This document shows positions 36,259 through 41,345 of a stretch of DNA of 41,345 nucleotides, piece after piece. The stretch comes from Octopus bimaculoides. Lineage: Eukaryota. Position 1 is the first letter of the stretch. Each line of letters opens with the position of its first letter. The DNA is taken from the NCBI RefSeq assembly GCF_001194135.2, contig NC_068994.1, positions 51,544,176 through 51,585,520 of the forward strand. Reading direction: 5' to 3'. Below the pieces are notes generated by a model that was given only the letters and a program-made list of their open reading frames with translations, was not told where the DNA came from and made no database searches. The translations under genes were made by a program, and so were the position numbers.

Positions 36259-36849
36259 ATGCACACAAACATTGTCTTTTATCTTTCACAGACTACCGAC
36301 ACTAATATTTCAAGGTTAGTGCTTAAACATTTCGTAACATGACCAAGGCACCGATAATTGTAGGTAATAATGTGACTATATAGTCAGGCTAGAGTCAGAC
36401 TATAGTGTGTGTGTGCGTGTGTGTGTGTGCATATAACCAGTACACAGAGGGCTGCAGATGTATCTAAACCATTAGCTAACATGAAAGAGACAACAAGGTG
36501 TTCAATTGATGATATCGACGACAGATAATAATTATACATGAATGACTAGAGGGTTGATGAACGATGGCGGGTTACTCATTTCAAGGTCACAGGTTCGAAT
36601 CTGACTTATAGCTGCTATTGCATTGTGCCCCTGTGTAAAGCTAACAGTTCTGCTGCTTCTAATTTGCTTAACTGTTGAGATGTGAGCCGTAGGTAGAGCA
36701 GCCAGCTGTAAAAACAATTGATCATTCCATTCCCCACCTCCCATACAACTATAGAAAATGGGAGCAAAACATTCACACACACACACACATATATATATAT
36801 ACACACACACACATATATATATACACACACACACGCACACATAGATATG

Positions 36850-36956
36850 TATTTCTGTGTGTGTGTCTGTATTTGTGGATGTGCGTAGATATAGGAATGT
36901 TTGTGTGTGTATGTGTGTGTATATGTATATATATTTGTGGATGGGTGTAGATATAG

Positions 36957-36990
<34 letters not shown>

Positions 36991-37300
36991 TTGTGGATGT
37001 GTGTATATACAGATATGTGCATGTATATATTTGTGGTTGTGTGTAGATATAGGTGTGTGTGTGTGTGCGTGTGTATATTTGTGGATGTGTGTAGATATAG
37101 ATATGTGCATGTATATATTTGTGGATGTGTGTATATACAAATATGTGCGTGTATATATTTATGGATGTGTGTAGATATAGGTGTGTGTGTGTGTGTGTGT
37201 ATTTGTGGATGTGTGTAGATATAGGTGTGTGCGTGTGTGTGTGTATATATGTGGATGTGTGTAGATATAGGAGTGTGCGCGCGCGTGTGTGAGTGTATAT
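36850..37300. repeat. Compound minisatellite: ATTTGTGGATGTGTGTAGATATAG cores separated by variable (GT)n/(AT)n
   Basis: About 9 recurrences of the core; explains the 200+ aa His/Thr/Tyr/Ile ORFs on the minus strand. Confidence 0.85.
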
Positions 37301-40067
37301 GAGATATATATCTCATACAAAACCCTGCTCAATGCTGAATCAACAGTTATTATGCATACGAATAAATAAGGACCAGCTTCAAACACATTATATTAAAGAC
37401 TGTGTTTGAGTTTAATTGTTTATCATTACCATTATTATTATCATCATCATCACCATTATTATTATTATTATTATTATTGCTATTATCATTATTATTAATA
37501 AAGATTTCTCATATTTCCTTATTTGTCCTTCATGTTCGGTTTCAAACAACAACAACTCCTAAGGCCTTCTCCACCTCGTCCCTTATTAGTGGCATGTTTG
37601 TTGCTGCAGCATTTTGTAGTAGGTGGCAAGGGATCATGGGAATGATTTAACTGATAAAGACGTAATTGTCAGATAACTCCTGTGTATTTCACGTGCTGTA
37701 ATGTCTGGATGGTTTTTTTCTTCTTTTTTTCTTTCTTTTGCGGTTGATAAAGCTTATTCCATTTCCATTACTAATCTTCTAGTTTTTGTGGAATGGATTT
37801 TGTTCAGAACCAAGCGAAAGAAATTCTAAGAAAATATGAAAAGAATCTATACTCTTTTACTCTTTTACTTGTTTCAGTCATTTGACTGCGGCCATGCTGG
37901 AGCACCGCCTTTAGTCGAGCAAATCGACCCCAGGACTTATTCTTTGGATTTGGATGCCTAGTACTTATTCTATCGGTCTCTTTTGCTGTACCGCTAAGTT
38001 ACAGGGACCTAAACACACTACCATCGGTTGTCAAGCGATGTTGGGGGGACAAACACAGACACACAAACATATACACACACATACACATATATATATATAT
38101 ATATATATATAGATATACGACAGGCTTCTTTCAGTTTCCGTCTGCCAAATCCACTCAATTTTATCTTGAACACATTCTGTTCCTCCTTCCTTTATTCCTC
38201 ATCATCATCCTTGTCACCCTCATCATTTTATGTCCTCCACATGTTGGTTGGGTCTTACTTGGAATTACTTACTGTCCTAGTAGACGGGTAGGGACCTGAT
38301 CTCACCTGTACATTTCCAGTTTTGGCCTAATTTCCCTGACTGGATGCCTTTCCTGCTGCTGAACCCACAACCACGTGGTTGGTAAGCAAGCTACTTACCA
38401 CATAGCCACACACAAAAAAAAAAAAATAATAATAATAAAAAAGGAGAAGAAGAAACATGGTTTTGTGTTCAGTCCCACTTCATAGCTTCTTAGGTAAGTG
38501 TCTTCTATAGCATCAGGCCAATCAATGCCCTAGGAGTGAATTTGGTAGGCAGAATTTGTGTGGAAGGTCTTTGTGTGTGTATTTGTCTTCCACCGTAACT
38601 TGACAACTGGTTTTGGCATGTTTACATGCCCAAAACTTAGCAGTTTAGCAATAAGAGNNNNNNNNNNNNNNNNNNNNNNNNNNNNNNNNNNNNNNNNAGT
38701 TCCCCAACCCTACTACCCACCCTACCTCAATTCCACGTCCCCATAGCTCTACCAAATTAAGCCCTAGCAAAGCCACACTCTATCTTTACCATTCTGTATT
38801 TTTGTTTTTTGTTTTTCTTCCAGAAAATTCCTTGAAGTATCTTTACAAGAAAGATCGCAAAAAGACACGAAGAAAATAGAATGGAATGGTTACAAACAAA
38901 TGAGATAAATAAAAAAAAATGTATTTCCAATCTTTATTTAAAATGAGGGGGGGGGGGAGAAAGAAAGAAAGAAACAAAAAAAACAAGCAAATATAAAGAA
39001 AGAAGAAAGAAAGGAACAGATTGTCAAAGACCAAATTACTCCTCTTGGAATACCATTATTTTGCAGACCAATTCTATTTCTATTTACAATTCCATTTCAG
39101 AGAAATAAATAAGTGAAATACATTTTCATTACTCTTATTTTCTATTTCTCATTTATATTATTATTGTTGTTGTTAAAATAATCATCATCATCATCATCTT
39201 TAATGTGAAATTATAAGCAGTCTCAGAGCAAATTTCATAGCTTTAATTTTGAACTTCAATTTACCACAGCCAGCCTTATTACTGCAAACTGTATATCACC
39301 ATAATCACTATCGTTATCATCATCATCATTATATTATTATTATTATCATTATTATTATTATTATTATCATACATAGATTATTTAAAACGAAACATTTGGT
39401 ATTGTGAAAAGCAAGTTGTTGTCTGTGGACAGTCAAGATTGTGAAAGACTTATTAATGTTATTAAATTTAACATTCGTCATTGAGTTAATAATTTTCTCT
39501 CCTCAGCACACAAGTCGTTATGAATTGATTAAATTTTGTTACCTTACATTAATTAAACCTGATGGATTTTCATAAGTTTTCGACCATATAGGATTCCAGC
39601 AGTTCGATTAACCACAAACCCTTTGCCCCTGCACTGTCAATTAGTGGTTGAGTATTCCACAGGTGAACGTACCCGTCAAGTAATTCTCAGGTGGAATCGG
39701 TGTTCTAAAGTCTAACATGGTTGCACCTTTAACTCTTTTGATACCATACCAATCAGACTGAGACCACCCCTAGCTCTATAATACAAACTTCCGGCTTTAA
39801 AGAGCTAAATTACCGCCATCTGCCAAAATTTTACTTTAATTCTTATTCCAAACACAAGCTTAACAATGACAAAAGCTATTATTCAAAATTAATTATTGAC
39901 TAAAACATTGAATAACAATTAAATTATAATGTTTATCTATTTGTTTTGTAAGATTTCTGTTGCGAAATCATGTAGTGAAACAGATATTGTTATATTGCAG
40001 AATGGTCTTTCTTTTTTTTTTTTTTTTTCTTGCCAAATAAACACATGCACTATATATTCGTTCTTCA

Positions 40068-40200
40068 CCTGAGATTTATTCTCATTCTTATTTCATGTCA
40101 TTTGTCTGGAAATCTTTTGTCGCACATCCTCTGACCTCTTCAGCGACTCTCCCTCTCATGTGTTTCCTATGTGTTTAAAATTACGTGAAACAAAAAGCAG
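40068..40200 (-). mobile_element. Second copy of the hammerhead-core-bearing repeat (diverged)
   Basis: Minus strand GAGTCG-CTGAAGA(40143-40137)-GGTCAGAGGATGTGCGAC-AAAA-GATTTCCAGACAAATGACATG aligns by eye to 2625-2690. Confidence 0.5.
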
Positions 40201-41345
40201 TGCATTTCAACAGAAATATGCTAACAAACACAGACACACAAACACATACATACACATACATATATATATATATATACATATATACGAAGGGTTTCTTTCA
40301 GTTTCCATCTACCAAATCCACTCACAAGGCTTTGGTCGACCCGAGGCTATAGTAGAAGACACTTGCCGAAGGTGCCATGCAGTGGGACTGAACCCGGAAC
40401 CCTGTGGTTTGTAAGCAAGCTACTTACCACACAGCAACTCCTACATATACACATATATACACAAACATAATTCCAGATTGTTTCAATGTACATATATAAT
40501 GAACATGTATTCACACAAACACATAAGTGAGTGAGTGAGTGAGTAACTCCAAATTTGTTCCTGCTCATGACTGAATATACTTTCTAAAATACAGAATTCA
40601 TTAGTTTATCTGCATTGCATTTTATTGCACAACACTTCTGTGTTCTGCATGCGAGGTTTGAGAAAGCAATACATCACAAAAAAACTGTTTTCCAACAAAG
40701 TTAGAAATAATTCCTATGCTCTCTGCTGTCCTGTGCAATTTTCCTCGAATACTAATGACCAAAACCAACACCACCAGATGTTGACTGACACGTTCAACAC
40801 TTTGACAAGACAGTATACATGGTTTTAACTGCACTGAAGCTAATGAGGACCAATTAGACTGAAATCCTAAACCTTTAGCTGTCAGAATCTTATGCTCATC
40901 TCAAGGGTTTGTATCTCGAAAATTAATTAAGGACTAGAGATACATCATACGCATGTACACATACACATTTATAGTAGACAGAAGGGAGTCAAATTTGAGC
41001 TGTATCCTCAGAAAGTACTTCAGCAAATACCAGCTATCAATTTTATGTCGATTTTTAAGAAAACTAACCACACAAACTGAAATATCAGGTCAAGTAGATT
41101 GACTGCAGAGAATCATAGACTGGAATCCAGAGTGTATTGTAAGAAAAAACTTTGACACGTGCATTTAAGAGCTTTTTTTTTTTTTAATGAAAATTTGGCC
41201 AATGAAGTGGCCACATGCAGCTGTTCATCATCATCATCATCGTTTAACGTCTGCTTTCCATGCTAGCATGGGTTGGACGATTTGACAGAGGACTGGTGAA
41301 CCAGATGGCTACACCAGGCTCCAATCTGATTTGGCAGAGTTTCTA

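Overview
AT-rich, microsatellite-saturated eukaryotic DNA from a gapped draft assembly, with 11 N-gaps totalling about 3.5 kb, most of them abutting simple repeats. The repeat types look like octopus/coleoid cephalopod genomic DNA (inference from my recollection of these families; no search run). Almost all ORFs in the supplied track are translations of (CA)n/(TA)n/(ATC)n/(ATT)n repeats, N-runs or SINEs. I recognise no complete protein-coding gene, rRNA, true tRNA or CRISPR array. The window reads as intronic/intergenic DNA containing at least five recurrent SINE-like families, several TTAA-flanked piggyBac-type MITEs, remnants of RTE-type and REL-endonuclease (HERO/R4-like) LINEs, and minisatellites. 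A few short splice-site-bounded open frames may be exons of an unidentified host gene: a frame-compatible minus-strand chain, plus two competing plus-strand candidates. Most worth follow-up: two diverged copies of an element carrying a hammerhead-ribozyme-like core; an 8-copy head-to-tail SINE array built in (ATT)n tracts with a REL-LINE fragment in one linker; a compact SINE-derived foldback hairpin; a recursive-splice-like AG|GT junction; and the candidate exon chain. Nothing here can be called a new biological system from sequence alone. Repeat boundaries are approximate (about +/-10-20 nt).
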